Source of the DNA: Pseudomonas phage BRkr
Sequence record: LC765218.1
Reading direction: 5' to 3' (one strand)
DNA: 64,000 nt
This document shows positions 9,024 through 21,510 of the stretch, in pieces. The translations under genes and the position numbers were made by a program. Each line of letters starts with the position of its first letter. Position 1 is the stretch's first letter. Below the pieces are notes generated by a model that saw nothing but the letters and a program-made list of their open reading frames with translations, searched no databases and was not told the origin of the DNA.

Positions 9024-11210
9024 TTACCGTCCATAGAATCCAAGTGAATTGAAACTACGTTCTTGTTGGAAACGAGAAGTACGGACACGTCTAACACGAT
9101 CATCACGTACTTGTTTCAACATGGCGTCGATACCAACACCGGTTGTTTCTTCCATGTTAATACTCTTCGAAAGATTACGAAGACGCATCTCAAGCTTGGT
9201 AATTACGAATGGATTTGTCTCACCTTTTAGCTGAGCAATCAAGTCCTCGAACTCACCTTTGTTTTGCTTCTCTTTATCTTCACGATATTTTTCCAGAGCA
9301 GTTAACTCTACGTCACGAGTAACAGCACGGGAGAAAATTGTTGCTGGATTAATACCGTAATAAGAAAGGTTCTGTCCACGAATACATACCCAGTGCGCCA
9401 ACAGCATGGAAATTACCATGTCGTCGTGATTATCACGAGTGTGGTCAATTCGCCCATTCTTAATTGTCAAAGCAAGTAGTTCTGTAATCAGCGTCTTATC
9501 CGCCATTCTCCGGCTACCGTAATCCATTGAACTCGGTAATGCTTCAAGGAACAGGCTGTTACGAGAATACCGACCGGAACCTGAGGTGTTGAAACCAAAG
9601 TAACGTTTGAATCGATCATAGAACGAAGCAGGTCGTTGAGACAACGGAGTCTGAATATCACGGAACTCAGATTCTAGTACCGTGTGTTCATCTACGATTC
9701 TATTAAAGATTCGGCGGAACGGATCTATCCCAGCTTTATGCAGTTGCATTACAACGAAGTCAATGAGAGCAGTGCCCATCGATTTACGTTCAGGTACCCA
9801 TGTAATCGTCGGATAACGAATTAATAGATTACCGACGAATGCAGCAATAACAGGAACAGAGGTTTCATTATAACAACCAGCTGCTACTACTTCGTGTGTC
9901 TCCACATCGAATATAACCATACCAGTGGCGTCATTACCCGATCCTAAAAGTTCACTTGGGTCCATGCCCATCATAAAGCGACCTTCAGCCATTCTCTGGT
10001 CAACTTCATGTTTAGGGATATACCAGCGAATGGTGTAACCGTCTGGCGTGATCTCGGTCCAAATTGGTTCACGTTCAGATGATTTTAGCTGCTTCTTATG
10101 TTCGGGTGATAATGGAGAACCTTCACCACCAACAGTCCAGATATTGAAGAAGTCTCGGTCAGCGATCTCGCCAAAAGAACTAGACTCTTTAAGTTCCTGG
10201 AACAACCATTCATCTGTACGACCTAACTGCCTATGGTTAAAAGCTCCGTAGATGATAGGTTTCTGATCAGCCTTGGATCCTTTCTCCATTACCAACACTG
10301 CCATACGTTGGTTCACTAGATCGAACATTGTTTCAGACCAGGTATGTCCACCTGTCATGAACTTGTAAGCAAATGCTCCATCGCGAGTGGTAATGTTGCC
10401 AGCAGTTGTTGTAAAGATGTTTCCGTATGGTTGACCTTGACGCTTGGCTTCGGCACGGGCGGCTGAACCAGAGGCCAGGGCTACAGGAAGAGAGATCTCA
10501 ATCAAGTTAATATACGCAAATTCGTCGAACTGCATGATAGGTACTGTAAGACCACGACCAAGTTTGTCGGCAGCAATCTTATCGTTACGACCAACTGCGG
10601 TCTTATAACGGTTACCTAAACGAATACACGTCATCAGCTCGTTATTGTCCACGTCATTTGGATTAGCCCAGTGAATGTAATCAGGTAATAGATCTCGCAT
10701 TACCTTTAGACGTTCAATGTTCGCTGTTCGAAGTTTATTATCTTTAGTGATCAGGTTGATCGTGGTGTTCTCACCCCAGATATACATCATACCCGTCATC
10801 AAGATGTCAGTTGAAACCGATTTACCAGTCTGTCGTGGTTGTAACAGACCAAAGTCTAAGTGGTTAAAGAAGCACCAGAAAAGTGCAATGTTACCACGGT
10901 TAGCGCGGAAAGGGTTTGGGACGTTACCAGATGTCGCTGGGACACGGGCAACTTCACGGAAGTAATACCAAGGATTGTATTTACACTCCAAGGCAATCTT
11001 CATTTTTGTAGCATCGTCTAGATCTGGATCATAGGGATCTACTCCCTGAAGATCAGGCTGGAGTAATGCTAAAATGAATTTCCAGTTTGCTATTTTAAGC
11101 TCATCTCTATAAAGAGCTGCTAATTTTAAGAATGTTTTATTTGACGTTTTTGTATCCGCTATTGCTGTTGGGAACTTCTCCCAATCATCGCGGAATAAAA
11201 TAAGTTCCAT
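9024..11210 (-). CDS. terL: terminase large subunit
   Basis: 728 aa. Walker-A-like LLQPRQTGKSVS, ATPase coupling motif, and an RNase-H-like nuclease region (DHTRDNHDDMVISMLLAHW). Position relative to sheath and tube matches phiKZ-like layout. AAGGAAACGGTC Shine-Dalgarno before the ATG. Confidence 0.8.
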   Translation of the reverse strand: MELILFRDDWEKFPTAIADTKTSNKTFLKLAALYRDELKIANWKFILALLQPDLQGVDPYDPDLDDATKMKIALECKYNPWYYFREVARVPATSGNVPNPFRANRGNIALFWCFFNHLDFGLLQPRQTGKSVSTDILMTGMMYIWGENTTINLITKDNKLRTANIERLKVMRDLLPDYIHWANPNDVDNNELMTCIRLGNRYKTAVGRNDKIAADKLGRGLTVPIMQFDEFAYINLIEISLPVALASGSAARAEAKRQGQPYGNIFTTTAGNITTRDGAFAYKFMTGGHTWSETMFDLVNQRMAVLVMEKGSKADQKPIIYGAFNHRQLGRTDEWLFQELKESSSFGEIADRDFFNIWTVGGEGSPLSPEHKKQLKSSEREPIWTEITPDGYTIRWYIPKHEVDQRMAEGRFMMGMDPSELLGSGNDATGMVIFDVETHEVVAAGCYNETSVPVIAAFVGNLLIRYPTITWVPERKSMGTALIDFVVMQLHKAGIDPFRRIFNRIVDEHTVLESEFRDIQTPLSQRPASFYDRFKRYFGFNTSGSGRYSRNSLFLEALPSSMDYGSRRMADKTLITELLALTIKNGRIDHTRDNHDDMVISMLLAHWVCIRGQNLSYYGINPATIFSRAVTRDVELTALEKYREDKEKQNKGEFEDLIAQLKGETNPFVITKLEMRLRNLSKSINMEETTGVGIDAMLKQVRDDRVRRVRTSRFQQERSFNSLGFYGR

Positions 11211-11264
11211 GACCGTTTCCTTAAAGAAACAAAAGGTTCATACCTTTAGGGTTAATTTACGACA

Positions 11265-11292
11265 TAAAGCTTCCCCCGAAGGGAAAGCTTCT
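11265..11292 (-). terminator. intrinsic terminator hairpin (minus strand)
   Basis: Reverse complement gives AGCTTTCCC-TTCG-GGGGAAGCT then TTATGTC. Confidence 0.45.
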
Positions 11293-11296
11293 GTAT

Positions 11297-11947
11297 CTAG
11301 ATTAACTCTAGTACTGGGCGCCAACCATAACCTACGTTAGGTTGAGATGGTGCGTTCTGCCCCCACCCTGTTACGCCATTAGGTCCACCACGTAAGACTT
11401 TGAACCTAGGAGACCCAGTGTTACCATTAGTGGGTGTCCATGTCCAAATACCGAGGTTACTTGGATGTACAAATCCAAGATCCTCATTACTTAAATTTTC
11501 CCAGAATGTTCCAGTTGGATCATTCGCGGATACACGGTACATCAGCTGACCCCACTCCGAGTTGGCTGGGGAACCACTTGCACCGCCTGACAGATAAGAT
11601 ATCTTACAATCAATATCTTTTACTTTAGATGAATTAGTATTGAAGTTATTAATGGCCAAAACTAATTGATCAAAGGACATTGAATGACGGATAGTCTTTG
11701 TAGAGACTAAGAGTCGTCTGTCATTTAAAGAGAACATTAACCAATCTACATCTGTTTGATCTGGCATTCGCGTTCCATACGGATTACCAGAAAAACCGTG
11801 TACATCGTTCATTTGTTCAGCGCCAATGAAATCGGCAGCTGTAACTGTACCAAAATAACCTAGTGTCGAATCACCGGCTATCAGTTCAGTAGGTAAAACA
11901 CTTGGTTTAGCTCTTTTAGAGTTGACCGATAGTAAAATTTCAATCAT
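11297..11947 (-). CDS. hypothetical protein, Gly-rich C-terminus (possible virion protein)
   Basis: Complete ORF of 216 aa in the terminase/structural minus-strand block. Confidence 0.5.
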   Translation of the reverse strand: MIEILLSVNSKRAKPSVLPTELIAGDSTLGYFGTVTAADFIGAEQMNDVHGFSGNPYGTRMPDQTDVDWLMFSLNDRRLLVSTKTIRHSMSFDQLVLAINNFNTNSSKVKDIDCKISYLSGGASGSPANSEWGQLMYRVSANDPTGTFWENLSNEDLGFVHPSNLGIWTWTPTNGNTGSPRFKVLRGGPNGVTGWGQNAPSQPNVGYGWRPVLELI

Positions 11948-11980
11948 GGTCCAGCTCCTATTTGTTACATACTAAAACGA

Positions 11981-12013
11981 CATAAAGCCGTCTCTAATGA
12001 GACGGCACTATGC
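11981..12013 (-). terminator. intrinsic terminator hairpin (minus strand)
   Basis: GCCGTCTC-taat-GAGACGGC 8-bp stem. Reverse complement is followed by CTTTATGTC. Confidence 0.5.
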
Positions 12014-12014
12014 C

Positions 12015-13679
12015 TTAAGCGCGTTTCAGTACTGGAATACCGGTCATCGCCAATTGAAGATCAGTGTCGTATTCACGACGAATCCATTGGATGTAGAGAA
12101 GCTCTCCATCGGCAAGATCGTTATTAACACGCAACTTATCTTTCCATTGTTCAACACTGAACTCGTATTTGTTATGCAAGAAATGCAATACAAAGTGAGT
12201 TGGTGTAGGTGCCACAATTTCAGAGTCCGGATTTACAAGAGGCTCGGCTGCTTCATACATCTTCCGCAACCATGTTTCTTTGGTATTAGCTCCGTTCTGG
12301 AGACGTAGATCCCAAGCGTTGGTTTGGATGTATTCCAGATCGGCTTTCAGACCACGTCCATAAGCTGCGTCTACATCAGGACGAGTGTAGATTTCCCAGT
12401 TAGCATCACGGTTTTCACCAGATGTCAGGAGTGCAACTTGGAATGTAGTAACGAATCGATGTGGTGCGAAACGACCATCGACCTTGTTCAGGTTAACAGC
12501 GTAGGTAAGCGTTTGTAGATTACCATAACCCTTCGGATTGAATGGTGCTGAGTTAACACCAAGTTCAACCAAAGAAGTAACGTTGTAGAAACGTTGGCGA
12601 TCCAAGTTGTAAAGCCAGAATTCCAGACGGTAACCAGCAGTAACGTTTTGCCATACTGGATAAACGAATAGACGACATTCGTAAGCTCCATCGGCAGCAG
12701 TTGTACGGGCAATGTAGTTTTCTGTAATCCGACGATTTGCTGTTGGTGTCAACGCATAGGAAATTTCATCTTCTGCTAACTGGTAAGCAAGAGTAAGCGG
12801 GAACTCCTGTCCAATCTCAGTAGCGATATAGTTTTCCATGCCAAACAAGAACATTGTCGAGTTATCGATACCGCGACGTACTTTAGAACCACCACGATAG
12901 TTAATCATACCAACCATCGGAAGAGATTCAACGTTTACGTTCAGCGGGAATTCAATAACCTTAGGATCGGCAGCAGACAGGAACGGACTCTCGATCTCGA
13001 TACCGGCAATGTACTTCTTCGAATTATCAGACTGTCGAATTGCTTTCGTGTTTTGTACGAGCAACTGTGCTATCGACACAACCCCGCCAAGGTCATCGTA
13101 GGCCACCAAGGTGCAACGCTCACCGTCATCCATCTCCTCGGCTGTAAAACCAACCATAGGGGCCTTAATGACGTTCTGAGAGCCATTACCGACGGTTACT
13201 GTCTCAACTGGAATAAGTGGACCCGTGTAATCACCAGAGGGGGTGAAGAAAGCAGAGATGATCTTACCAAATTCTTCAGAGATATCACTACCCTTAAAGA
13301 CTTTGTAACTAGCAACCATCGAGCCATAAAAATGCAGACGTTTATCGGGTGCGAGAGTATGTGGAATAACGCTGGTATCAAGGAACAGACGGTAGCTTTC
13401 GGAGCTATAGCCTGGACCTACGCCCACCAGTACGTTTTCTTCGCCGTCGGGGTCAACTTTGGTTGGAGGATACCATTCTTTAAGAGTAGCTACGTGAGTA
13501 CCCTCTTCGACATCCTCAACTGTGAACCAGCCATTCTCGCGGTCCCAAACGAGGTCCCCAATATTGGGGACCCACTTATTTACTTGTCCAGCTTGCTGGA
13601 CGATATCTTTGCGGTTCCAAACCCACCAACCCCTATTAGGGTCCATGTAGTCGGAATTCCCGTATGGTACAGGAAGCAT
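12015..13679 (-). CDS. hypothetical protein (554 aa), probable virion/morphogenesis protein
   Basis: Complete ORF. Its start abuts the stop of the 898-aa upstream gene, so they form an operon. No diagnostic motif. Confidence 0.55.
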   Translation of the reverse strand: MLPVPYGNSDYMDPNRGWWVWNRKDIVQQAGQVNKWVPNIGDLVWDRENGWFTVEDVEEGTHVATLKEWYPPTKVDPDGEENVLVGVGPGYSSESYRLFLDTSVIPHTLAPDKRLHFYGSMVASYKVFKGSDISEEFGKIISAFFTPSGDYTGPLIPVETVTVGNGSQNVIKAPMVGFTAEEMDDGERCTLVAYDDLGGVVSIAQLLVQNTKAIRQSDNSKKYIAGIEIESPFLSAADPKVIEFPLNVNVESLPMVGMINYRGGSKVRRGIDNSTMFLFGMENYIATEIGQEFPLTLAYQLAEDEISYALTPTANRRITENYIARTTAADGAYECRLFVYPVWQNVTAGYRLEFWLYNLDRQRFYNVTSLVELGVNSAPFNPKGYGNLQTLTYAVNLNKVDGRFAPHRFVTTFQVALLTSGENRDANWEIYTRPDVDAAYGRGLKADLEYIQTNAWDLRLQNGANTKETWLRKMYEAAEPLVNPDSEIVAPTPTHFVLHFLHNKYEFSVEQWKDKLRVNNDLADGELLYIQWIRREYDTDLQLAMTGIPVLKRA

Positions 13680-13680
13680 G

Positions 13681-16377
13681 TTAAGTCCTCGTTAGGTATA
13701 CGAATGGCGCGATGTCCATAGGGCGCTGTAAATACAACTTCAGTACACGAATGTAGAAGTCATACTGATCAGTATCTAACCCAATAGGATCACTATGCCA
13801 ATGTGGATAAACTACCACATGGTTGGTGTTGTAGTCTGTGTTTAGGATATCAAATGGAACCAACCACTCGTAGGATGCCATAACCCGAGCAATATCCATC
13901 TCGTTGTAACGACCATTAACAAGCGGTGGCTTCAGCGTACCCTTAACAATGTCATGGAGAACTTTGTTAGAGAATGCCGAATATACCACATAACGACGTG
14001 TAACCGAGTCAACTTGATCGCGTGTTCTCTTAGGGAAATACGCTGTCATGTAATCGGAAACTTGTTTATCACGTTCGTCATCTGCGATACGTGCTTGCTG
14101 ATCAGTATCGTAAACATCACGGAAAGTGGATTGCGGTGTTTGGATTTGGAAGGGTGCTCCATTTCGTTCATCGGTAATCAGAAGAGAATTATTATCCTCC
14201 TCAAACACCAAATCTTCACGGGCGCGGTAATGTCCATCTACAATGATCCTTTGCATTTTGTGCGTATGGATATCGTAAATACCATTATTGGAAAGAACAT
14301 TATACTCTACCCAACCAACTTCACCAGGTTTATAACGCTGAAGATCAGGAGTACAGTAACCGGTACCTCGTACAAGAACGGTATTAATACCATCGACCAA
14401 ATACTCATGGTTATTCAGTACAGTCATAATACCTTTATCAAAGTAATCGAGACCATTTATGATCGGTCGATTATTTAAGAAGATATCTAGTTGTCCGAAT
14501 GGGATCTCCATGAGCTTGTTGATTAGTTCACCGTTATGCTCTTCCCAGTTATCGATTCCAAATCGAATAATACCCTGGTCTTTAGTAAACCGCATTTCCT
14601 TCAGGTAGAAGTAGTTATCCATACGGACATAACCGTACCATTCATTTGGTAAAGCAGTCCATGTCCATTTAGGATGTTCAATATCAGTTGTATCATGGAA
14701 ACCCCAATCATTTCGATTAGGTAGGTCAGTGATATCAATCCATTCGTTGGTTGGTACACCAGCCCAGACTTTACAGACGTAAAGACGGAAGTTATAACCT
14801 TCCGAAAGATCGACTGTTCCATTACCAAATACACCATGAAGATTGGTATCACCTTTACCAGTAATACATTCTACCATCTTACATTCGGTTTGATTTACCA
14901 CGCGGTATCGGCGCCCTGCGACATGATGGTAATAACCCAACAAAATCCCTTTCGAATCATATTCGAAAACAGTAGCATTTTCCCAATAGTTGTATGGAAG
15001 ACTTGCATATACTGTACCTTGGTCAACATGGACCTTGGTTGGATTATGTGCCTGAATATCTGCGGCTTTATGGTAACCGAATACATCGCCGGCAAAATTC
15101 TGGGCATCGATCTTACCCTGAGATATCTCATCAGGATCTTGGAAAGCGATAGGGTAGATTACATCTGGATCAGCGGACATGAATTGAACGTAAGCCGATT
15201 GTTCAAGATTCTCTGCTCTCCATAATGGGCAAGTAGCGTCTGCTCCAGTCATGGCCCTAAGGATATTATCCGAGGATAAACGATAGAGTTCTTGAATGCG
15301 GCCAACATCGGCTACCAGAGGTCGTTCGTATCCAGAATGACGAATGTAAAGGCGAAGGAACTTATCTTCAATACCTGTCCATTTGTCAGAAGGCCAACGC
15401 GATGGATCATTTGCATGGCGTGGGTCTTCAGGGTGACTTGTGATGAAAGACTGAATTCGATCAACAGGAGCCGAATAGTCTTTATGCGTCAACATTCGAA
15501 GCCAATTACCTTCATTGTGGTGATACATCACACCACTGAACCGACCAGGCAATGAACCCCTTTTGCAAAGATAAACATCTAGATCGTCGAAGTACTCAAT
15601 CGTGTTGACATTCTTATCGTCGTAGTGAAGGATATATTTCCTTTCTTTATCGAGCGTAGAATTGAATGTTTTAAGATCACGTAGATCTAAATCGACTACA
15701 CGTTTAATACTTGGATCAAGGATGAATTCACAGTAATCACCCGGACCAGCTGTTACTAACGATATCTCTTGTACGAACCTACCGTTAACGAAGTACTGGG
15801 GGTAACCGCCTTTAGTTTCAATCAAGTCCATAATTTGAATTTGGAATTGACGAAGCTCTTCGTTAGAGTTAGGTGTCAAAGTCATCACATCGATATAACG
15901 GGCTGCTGCTATATCGCTACGATCAGAGTTGAAATACGCGTTGTGATAAACATGGAGATATGGATTATTCTCGGCTTCGTCCAAATCAGGGAAGCGATCA
16001 TTTCGTCGAATAGCTACAAGCAAGTTTTGCGTTTGGGTTACCAGGATATATGTTTCAGAACGTGGGAACTGAATTCCATTACTGACATAAACTTCCGCGA
16101 GAGTATGTACCTCTTTACCCAGTTGCTCAAGGCTGATCCAGTTATTCAACAGCTTTGGAATACCAAGATGGCGAGGAATAACCTGACCGATTTGGTAGAT
16201 ATGCCAGAAGTCACGAGTAGAGATTTGTGGAAGTTTATAACGTTCGTGCTCCACCACGTAACTACCCCGTACACCGTAGCGGGGAGTTAATTGACGGAGC
16301 TTATATACGAACTGTCGATCCTGAGTAGGGTTACACCAAACGTTCTCAATTGCGTAGCGCAATAGATAGTCGTTCAT
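13681..16377 (-). CDS. hypothetical large protein (898 aa), candidate portal/virion protein
   Basis: Longest ORF of the minus-strand operon between terminase and sheath. Portal assignment is inferred from size and position only. Confidence 0.5.
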   Translation of the reverse strand: MNDYLLRYAIENVWCNPTQDRQFVYKLRQLTPRYGVRGSYVVEHERYKLPQISTRDFWHIYQIGQVIPRHLGIPKLLNNWISLEQLGKEVHTLAEVYVSNGIQFPRSETYILVTQTQNLLVAIRRNDRFPDLDEAENNPYLHVYHNAYFNSDRSDIAAARYIDVMTLTPNSNEELRQFQIQIMDLIETKGGYPQYFVNGRFVQEISLVTAGPGDYCEFILDPSIKRVVDLDLRDLKTFNSTLDKERKYILHYDDKNVNTIEYFDDLDVYLCKRGSLPGRFSGVMYHHNEGNWLRMLTHKDYSAPVDRIQSFITSHPEDPRHANDPSRWPSDKWTGIEDKFLRLYIRHSGYERPLVADVGRIQELYRLSSDNILRAMTGADATCPLWRAENLEQSAYVQFMSADPDVIYPIAFQDPDEISQGKIDAQNFAGDVFGYHKAADIQAHNPTKVHVDQGTVYASLPYNYWENATVFEYDSKGILLGYYHHVAGRRYRVVNQTECKMVECITGKGDTNLHGVFGNGTVDLSEGYNFRLYVCKVWAGVPTNEWIDITDLPNRNDWGFHDTTDIEHPKWTWTALPNEWYGYVRMDNYFYLKEMRFTKDQGIIRFGIDNWEEHNGELINKLMEIPFGQLDIFLNNRPIINGLDYFDKGIMTVLNNHEYLVDGINTVLVRGTGYCTPDLQRYKPGEVGWVEYNVLSNNGIYDIHTHKMQRIIVDGHYRAREDLVFEEDNNSLLITDERNGAPFQIQTPQSTFRDVYDTDQQARIADDERDKQVSDYMTAYFPKRTRDQVDSVTRRYVVYSAFSNKVLHDIVKGTLKPPLVNGRYNEMDIARVMASYEWLVPFDILNTDYNTNHVVVYPHWHSDPIGLDTDQYDFYIRVLKLYLQRPMDIAPFVYLTRT

Positions 16378-16387
16378 TAATCACCCA

Positions 16388-17323
16388 TTACTGATGCAGA
16401 CGTGTGAATTGCTCGGAAACCGCTTTGAAAACGAGGTCAGTAAAGACTTTAAGCTCGTTTCCACGAGCTAACGATTCTACTCGTTGAGTAATTACTGTTT
16501 TACGGTATGAGCGTTCTGCAATTGCCATGTAAAGCAATGCAATGAAAGTCGGTAAATGTTCGAGGGCTACACCCACGTTTTCACGGGAGTTTACACCGAA
16601 CCAAGAAGTCGAGATCAATGCAAAAAGATCCCCAAACTTCAATTCACCGGTACGCTGTTGACGGGAGTTAACTGACATCTCATGAATGAGGTCAGAGGCA
16701 TTCTCCAGCTTACCCATCGTTGCGGCAACATCGAGTACAAATTCTGGCGGCACCGAAGTGCAGCGAGAAATAATCGGTGCAAATTTCTCACGCTCTTCAC
16801 CCGGTTGACGAAGTTCAGGGGTGGACATGGCGTAATAGTAATAAGCCGTAATGACAAAGAGTGCCATCTGCGATTCGATCGGTAGATTGTAGCGTGTAAT
16901 CAATACACCGCTAACCCAACGATGGAATACTTTTGCAGGTAGGTCCGATAAGCGATTAAAGAAAGCTTCGTCGCCAGAAAGCAGGCGATTGTTCAAAGCT
17001 AGACGAACGCATTGGAACTGCCAGTCGTTTTGAGCGATCAAAGAATACTTCTGAGATCGAGCGTCAAACTTCATGTATTGGCGGCTATCAATAAGAAGCC
17101 GTGGTTTATTGGGTTCGCCCACATTGATAATCTGAGTGAAGTTCGGAATTGCTTCGTGTTCTTCACGAGGTGTTACGAACGCAGAGTTCATTAACTGATT
17201 TCCACCGGGTGTTTCTACCAGGGGGAATGGCAAATCAATTTCTGCCCGACGGGCTGCTGCGATCACCTGTTGATATTTAGGATAGATCCCACAGACTGTT
17301 GTTTGATACGGTAGCGAAAACAT
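16388..17323 (-). CDS. hypothetical protein (311 aa)
   Basis: Complete ORF with AAGGAG Shine-Dalgarno. First gene of the minus-strand operon 17323 to 9024. Confidence 0.55.
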   Translation of the reverse strand: MFSLPYQTTVCGIYPKYQQVIAAARRAEIDLPFPLVETPGGNQLMNSAFVTPREEHEAIPNFTQIINVGEPNKPRLLIDSRQYMKFDARSQKYSLIAQNDWQFQCVRLALNNRLLSGDEAFFNRLSDLPAKVFHRWVSGVLITRYNLPIESQMALFVITAYYYYAMSTPELRQPGEEREKFAPIISRCTSVPPEFVLDVAATMGKLENASDLIHEMSVNSRQQRTGELKFGDLFALISTSWFGVNSRENVGVALEHLPTFIALLYMAIAERSYRKTVITQRVESLARGNELKVFTDLVFKAVSEQFTRLHQ

Positions 17324-17454
17324 TACCGTTTTACTCCTTTCATGGGTAGGGAAAAATAACTATCACAGCCAACTATGAACAATATTTATGATTGACTGTT
17401 AGTTAACACTCATAACATCGAGTTTAAAGCTCCACATCTGGGAGAAACATAAAG

Positions 17455-19548
17455 ATGTCCACGTACTACAACGCTGTTCCTAAGGTTGTGTTTAACGGGA
17501 TTCGAGATCGTAGCCGTCGGGCGTTCATTCGTCCCGAGATTACTTTCGCCCAACACACTCCTCTGCTTCGTCTCTTCACTGAGACTGGCCCAACTGAAAC
17601 CACTTATGTAGGTGATTCCGAAGATGGCTTCGCGTCTATCTTTGGTCAAAGCTCTCTTGATCCACGCAGCAAGTATTTTAACCAGCAATCGCTGCTGGCG
17701 CTGAACCTGCTTGGTCAAGGTAACGGTTTCTATGTTAAACGCCTGAAACCCGAAGACGCTGGTAACCCTGCTCGAATCACTGTGGCCCTGGAAATGGTCC
17801 AAGACATGATTCCTGCTTCTGTGACCCGTCTCAGTGGCTTTAACTATCCTGATGCTGTAACTGACACTGGTAACGGTCCGATTGCTTCTGGTACCGATAC
17901 TGTTGAAGGTTATCGTGCACGCATCGTTCTGATTGCTGATAACCAATCCGAAGTGGGTACTCAACGGCGCCTGCCGGGTACCATGGTCTCCGGTATGGAC
18001 GGTAGTCAGTCCACTGTATATCCGCTGTTCGAACTACCCGCTTCGTTCTTCGGTCAGCCCGGTAATAACCTGGGCATGCGTATCTGGGCACCGACTCAGC
18101 TCGATCCGGATGGCTACGATGAATTCACCGGCCAGCGCTTCAAGACTCGTCTGTATCGTGTTCAATTCGTTGAACTCATGGACGGGACAAGCACTCCGAT
18201 CATCATCAAGACCAAGACCGATGAAGACTACGTCAACGTATCGTTCGACGAAGGTGTTTGGTCGGAACAGTATGATCGTGATCTAACCATCGATGAAGTT
18301 CTTATCGATCAGTATAACGACGACGGTATTGAGTCGGGTATGTCCCCGCTTTATAGCCCGTTCTCGCAGTGCTATGTATATCGTGACAACGTAGAACTCG
18401 TTCGCGAGATTATCTACGATGCAGAGACCCGTGTAAACCCGGCAATCAATGCACATATCGATGCACCTGGTCAGATTGACTTCCTCACTATGCTTGGTGA
18501 AGATGGTGACCCGTATCAATCCATCAAACTGGAAGGTCCGATTGAAGGTGGTGTGCTTCTAGGTAAGAACGCTACTGTCTACGCCCAAGGCGGTAAAGAC
18601 GGTACCACTACCCTGGATGAATACGTCAAGCTTGTTGACATCGAGAATACCAACTTTGGTAAGCTTGGTGATCAGTACGAAAACGTTGCGCTCTATCAAT
18701 TCGGTATCCTGTACGACACCGGTCTGCCGATGGCCTCGAAATATAAGGCAATGCAAGTATTGTCTGCTCGTCGTGACGTACAGTACTTCTTCACTACCTT
18801 TGTTGAAGGTGAGACCCGTCTTCCGACGGCATCTGAAGAAGTATCCCGTGTACAGGCTCTGATGACTCGTCTGAAGGCTTTCCCGGAAGCTACCCTGTAT
18901 GGTACCCCTGTGTGCCGTGCGATGATTGTAATGCAATCTGGTAAGCTTGTTGGCGGCGGTTACAATAAGTTTGTTCCGCAGTTGCTCGACGTTGCCATGA
19001 TGTGGTCGCGTTATGCTGGTGCTGGCACCGGTATCCTACGTGCAGGCGCTGAAATGGACGTTGATCCGAATAACCGTGTAACCATGGTTAAGAAGCTTAA
19101 CGTACCGTTCTTCAATGCTCGTACATCGGCTAACCTCTGGGCCAATGGTGCAACTTACTCTACTTCGTACGACCATCGTTCGAATTACTACCCGTGTCTG
19201 CGTTCGGTATATCTGGACGACACATCGGTACTGCTTAGCCCGATCACTGTGAATATCTGCTGCGTAATCATGCGGTTGATCCACAAGATCCATGCTAAGT
19301 TCTCGGGTAACGCTTTCCTGACTAAAGAACAGCTTGTTGAACGTTGCGACCAAGAGATCCTTGATCGTACTCGTGATCTGTTTGGTGGTCGTGTAGACGT
19401 GATCCCGCGTACCGAGATCACCGGTATTGATGAGAACAATGGCACCAGCTGGACTTGCACTGTGACTGTTGCGGCTAATAACCCGCGCACCACTCTGAAC
19501 TTCCAACTGGAAACCGTTCGCCGCGAGAACGTTACCGAGCAGCAATAA
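17455..19548 (+). CDS. tail sheath protein (phiKZ gp29-like)
   Basis: 697 aa, close to the 695 aa I recall for the phiKZ sheath (from memory), and followed directly by a tube-sized gene. Strongly host-like G/C-ending codon usage implies very high expression. Assignment rests on size, order and expression, so it is moderate. Confidence 0.55.
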   Translation: MSTYYNAVPKVVFNGIRDRSRRAFIRPEITFAQHTPLLRLFTETGPTETTYVGDSEDGFASIFGQSSLDPRSKYFNQQSLLALNLLGQGNGFYVKRLKPEDAGNPARITVALEMVQDMIPASVTRLSGFNYPDAVTDTGNGPIASGTDTVEGYRARIVLIADNQSEVGTQRRLPGTMVSGMDGSQSTVYPLFELPASFFGQPGNNLGMRIWAPTQLDPDGYDEFTGQRFKTRLYRVQFVELMDGTSTPIIIKTKTDEDYVNVSFDEGVWSEQYDRDLTIDEVLIDQYNDDGIESGMSPLYSPFSQCYVYRDNVELVREIIYDAETRVNPAINAHIDAPGQIDFLTMLGEDGDPYQSIKLEGPIEGGVLLGKNATVYAQGGKDGTTTLDEYVKLVDIENTNFGKLGDQYENVALYQFGILYDTGLPMASKYKAMQVLSARRDVQYFFTTFVEGETRLPTASEEVSRVQALMTRLKAFPEATLYGTPVCRAMIVMQSGKLVGGGYNKFVPQLLDVAMMWSRYAGAGTGILRAGAEMDVDPNNRVTMVKKLNVPFFNARTSANLWANGATYSTSYDHRSNYYPCLRSVYLDDTSVLLSPITVNICCVIMRLIHKIHAKFSGNAFLTKEQLVERCDQEILDRTRDLFGGRVDVIPRTEITGIDENNGTSWTCTVTVAANNPRTTLNFQLETVRRENVTEQQ

Positions 19549-19580
19549 GCTCGGTAACTACTCATTTTTGAGGAATCGAA

Positions 19581-20456
19581 ATGAAACGTTATAATGACCC
19601 GATGGCTCCTCAGTCCGGCTACGGTGCAGGTGGTTCCAAGAACACCATCAACCTGGCTCAGGCTGGTACGGATGTCTTTCGTCCTGATCTGGCTAACCTT
19701 GCGAGTAACACTCCTTACGTTAGCCGGAACCTCGTCCCGTTCCTTCTGGAAGCTCCACGCTTCTTCCAATACGCTAGCAATAGCCGGCAACTAGTTCGTT
19801 CGCTTAAAGCCCTGGTAGAGAACCATGTTCGTACTATCGATGGTCTACAGCAGACTGTAACTGTTGATACCGCAGAAGCTCCTTGGGGTGGTTCTGGTGA
19901 AGCCATCCAGGCTGCCACCAACGTTACCCGTGCTCGTTCGACTCCGTCGTTGGGTTGCTGGGAACTGCAAGGTCGTGCTATCCAGCGTTACCTGAAATGG
20001 TGGATCACCTACGGTATCGGTGACGAGAATACCAAGATCCCGCGTATCGTTGCAGAAGGTAACGTTCCGCCGGAGAAATACGATGCTACCTTCTACGGTG
20101 CCACGATTCTATTCGTTGAACCAGACCCGACTTTCCAAGACGTTGTTAGCGCATATCTCTGCACCAACATGTTCCCGCTGTCGACTGGTCAATGGGAGAG
20201 CCGTAAAGACGCCGCACAGATCGGCCAGAACCTTGACCTCAGTATTGAGTTCTCGGCGATGACTGACGTATCTGAAGGTGTTACCATGTATGCTCGTCAA
20301 CTGTTCCGTACACTGAACATTAAAGGGATGAACCCGAACGAACAACGTGGTTGGATTGAATCCATCTCTGCTGACGTACGTGCCGCCAACATTGGTCTGC
20401 GTGATCAGCTGGAGAAATCCGCTACTAACCGTGTAACCTACGATGGTGCTGACTAA
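19581..20456 (+). CDS. tail tube protein (phiKZ gp30-like)
   Basis: 291 aa, immediately downstream of the sheath gene, same optimised codon usage. Confidence 0.45.
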   Translation: MKRYNDPMAPQSGYGAGGSKNTINLAQAGTDVFRPDLANLASNTPYVSRNLVPFLLEAPRFFQYASNSRQLVRSLKALVENHVRTIDGLQQTVTVDTAEAPWGGSGEAIQAATNVTRARSTPSLGCWELQGRAIQRYLKWWITYGIGDENTKIPRIVAEGNVPPEKYDATFYGATILFVEPDPTFQDVVSAYLCTNMFPLSTGQWESRKDAAQIGQNLDLSIEFSAMTDVSEGVTMYARQLFRTLNIKGMNPNEQRGWIESISADVRAANIGLRDQLEKSATNRVTYDGAD

Positions 20457-20668
20457 TGGCTAATCCCCTTAAGCTAGATGATGCTTCGACGCAAACTCCC
20501 GCTCAAGGGGGTTCCGTTGAAAGGTACAACGATTTGATCTCTGCTGATGTCGCTGCTGAAGATAATGGTCTTTGGCACCGTATTAATCGAGTAGCTGCTT
20601 CTGTAGCTACCGATGCAGATAACATCGCTCGTGGTTTACCCGTAGAAGCAAACGCACAGTACGCTTGA
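20456..20668 (+). CDS. hypothetical protein (70 aa)
   Basis: TAATG overlap with the tube gene stop, so it is translationally coupled. Confidence 0.4.
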   Translation: MANPLKLDDASTQTPAQGGSVERYNDLISADVAAEDNGLWHRINRVAASVATDADNIARGLPVEANAQYA

Positions 20669-20672
20669 TATA

Positions 20673-20700
20673 TGGCCCAGCTTCGGCTGGGCTTTATGTC
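20673..20700 (+). terminator. intrinsic terminator
   Basis: GCCCAGC-TTCG-GCTGGGC then TTTATGTCG. Confidence 0.55.
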
Positions 20701-20710
20701 GGCTTGTATT

Positions 20711-20735
20711 TAAATATATTAAAAACCTATATTAC
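20711..20735 (+). promoter_or_regulatory. early-promoter-like element (AT-rich, then CCTATATTAC)
   Basis: One of ten or more copies of the ATCTATAT(T/A)AC family. Matches the TATATTAC early-promoter consensus I recall for phiKZ (from memory). Lies 36 nt upstream of the ATG at 20771. Confidence 0.5.
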
Positions 20736-20770
20736 AAATGTGAATTCAATACCACAATAGGGATCTACAA

Positions 20771-21130
20771 ATGCACCTCAATAAAGAACTTCTCAAAGAA
20801 CTGTTCACTGTTATCGAAGACAATATGCGCACCAAAGGTGAGTACTTCGATAAACAAGTCCGTATCAGTACCTTCGGTGAACTGGAGATTCGTACCTTCG
20901 CCGGATCGTTCATCTTCTACAAAGCTGGTACCTCTGAACAGTATGCCATGTTCAGCGTGGAGTTCGATGCTACTGGCAAGATCATTCGTTTCATTGCACC
21001 AGCGCTGCTGCGTGCCACTATCTACTGGGATATGGTAGAAGACGAGAACTCAGAACCAGAATACCGTAAGGTCGATATCGAAGAGATGTTGATCAACGCT
21101 GTAACCAACCATTTCAAAACCGCTAAGTAA
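20771..21130 (+). CDS. hypothetical protein (119 aa)
   Basis: First ORF after the promoter-like element. Confidence 0.5.
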   Translation: MHLNKELLKELFTVIEDNMRTKGEYFDKQVRISTFGELEIRTFAGSFIFYKAGTSEQYAMFSVEFDATGKIIRFIAPALLRATIYWDMVEDENSEPEYRKVDIEEMLINAVTNHFKTAK

Positions 21131-21141
21131 GGAACATCGAA

Positions 21142-21507
21142 ATGCGTAAACTGTTCATCGCTGTGGTATCCACTATTGCATTACAAGTCGCTGTCGCTGA
21201 TCCGTTCAATCCGGTGGAATACGATGCCCAACTCTACGCTGAAATGGTAGATAGTTCTGATCTGATCTACTGTAACAAAGGTATCTGTAATTATGTCGAT
21301 AATGGTGACTTGTTCACCGAATTTGACATGCCGCCACCTGATGGTTACACAATCGCTTTTCCTAAAGGCAAATACAGTGAACATGAAATCAACAAATATC
21401 GACCACTGTTAACTGAGTTTTATCAAACCCTGGTAGCACTGAAGACTGGTGACTGCACTGGTCCTCTGAGTGAACAGACTAAACGTACCCTTAAATGCAT
21501 ACGGTGA
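21142..21507 (+). CDS. hypothetical secreted protein (signal peptide MRKLFIAVVSTIALQVAVA)
   Basis: N-terminal hydrophobic signal-like segment. 121 aa. Confidence 0.5.
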   Translation: MRKLFIAVVSTIALQVAVADPFNPVEYDAQLYAEMVDSSDLIYCNKGICNYVDNGDLFTEFDMPPPDGYTIAFPKGKYSEHEINKYRPLLTEFYQTLVALKTGDCTGPLSEQTKRTLKCIR

Positions 21508-21510
21508 GTT

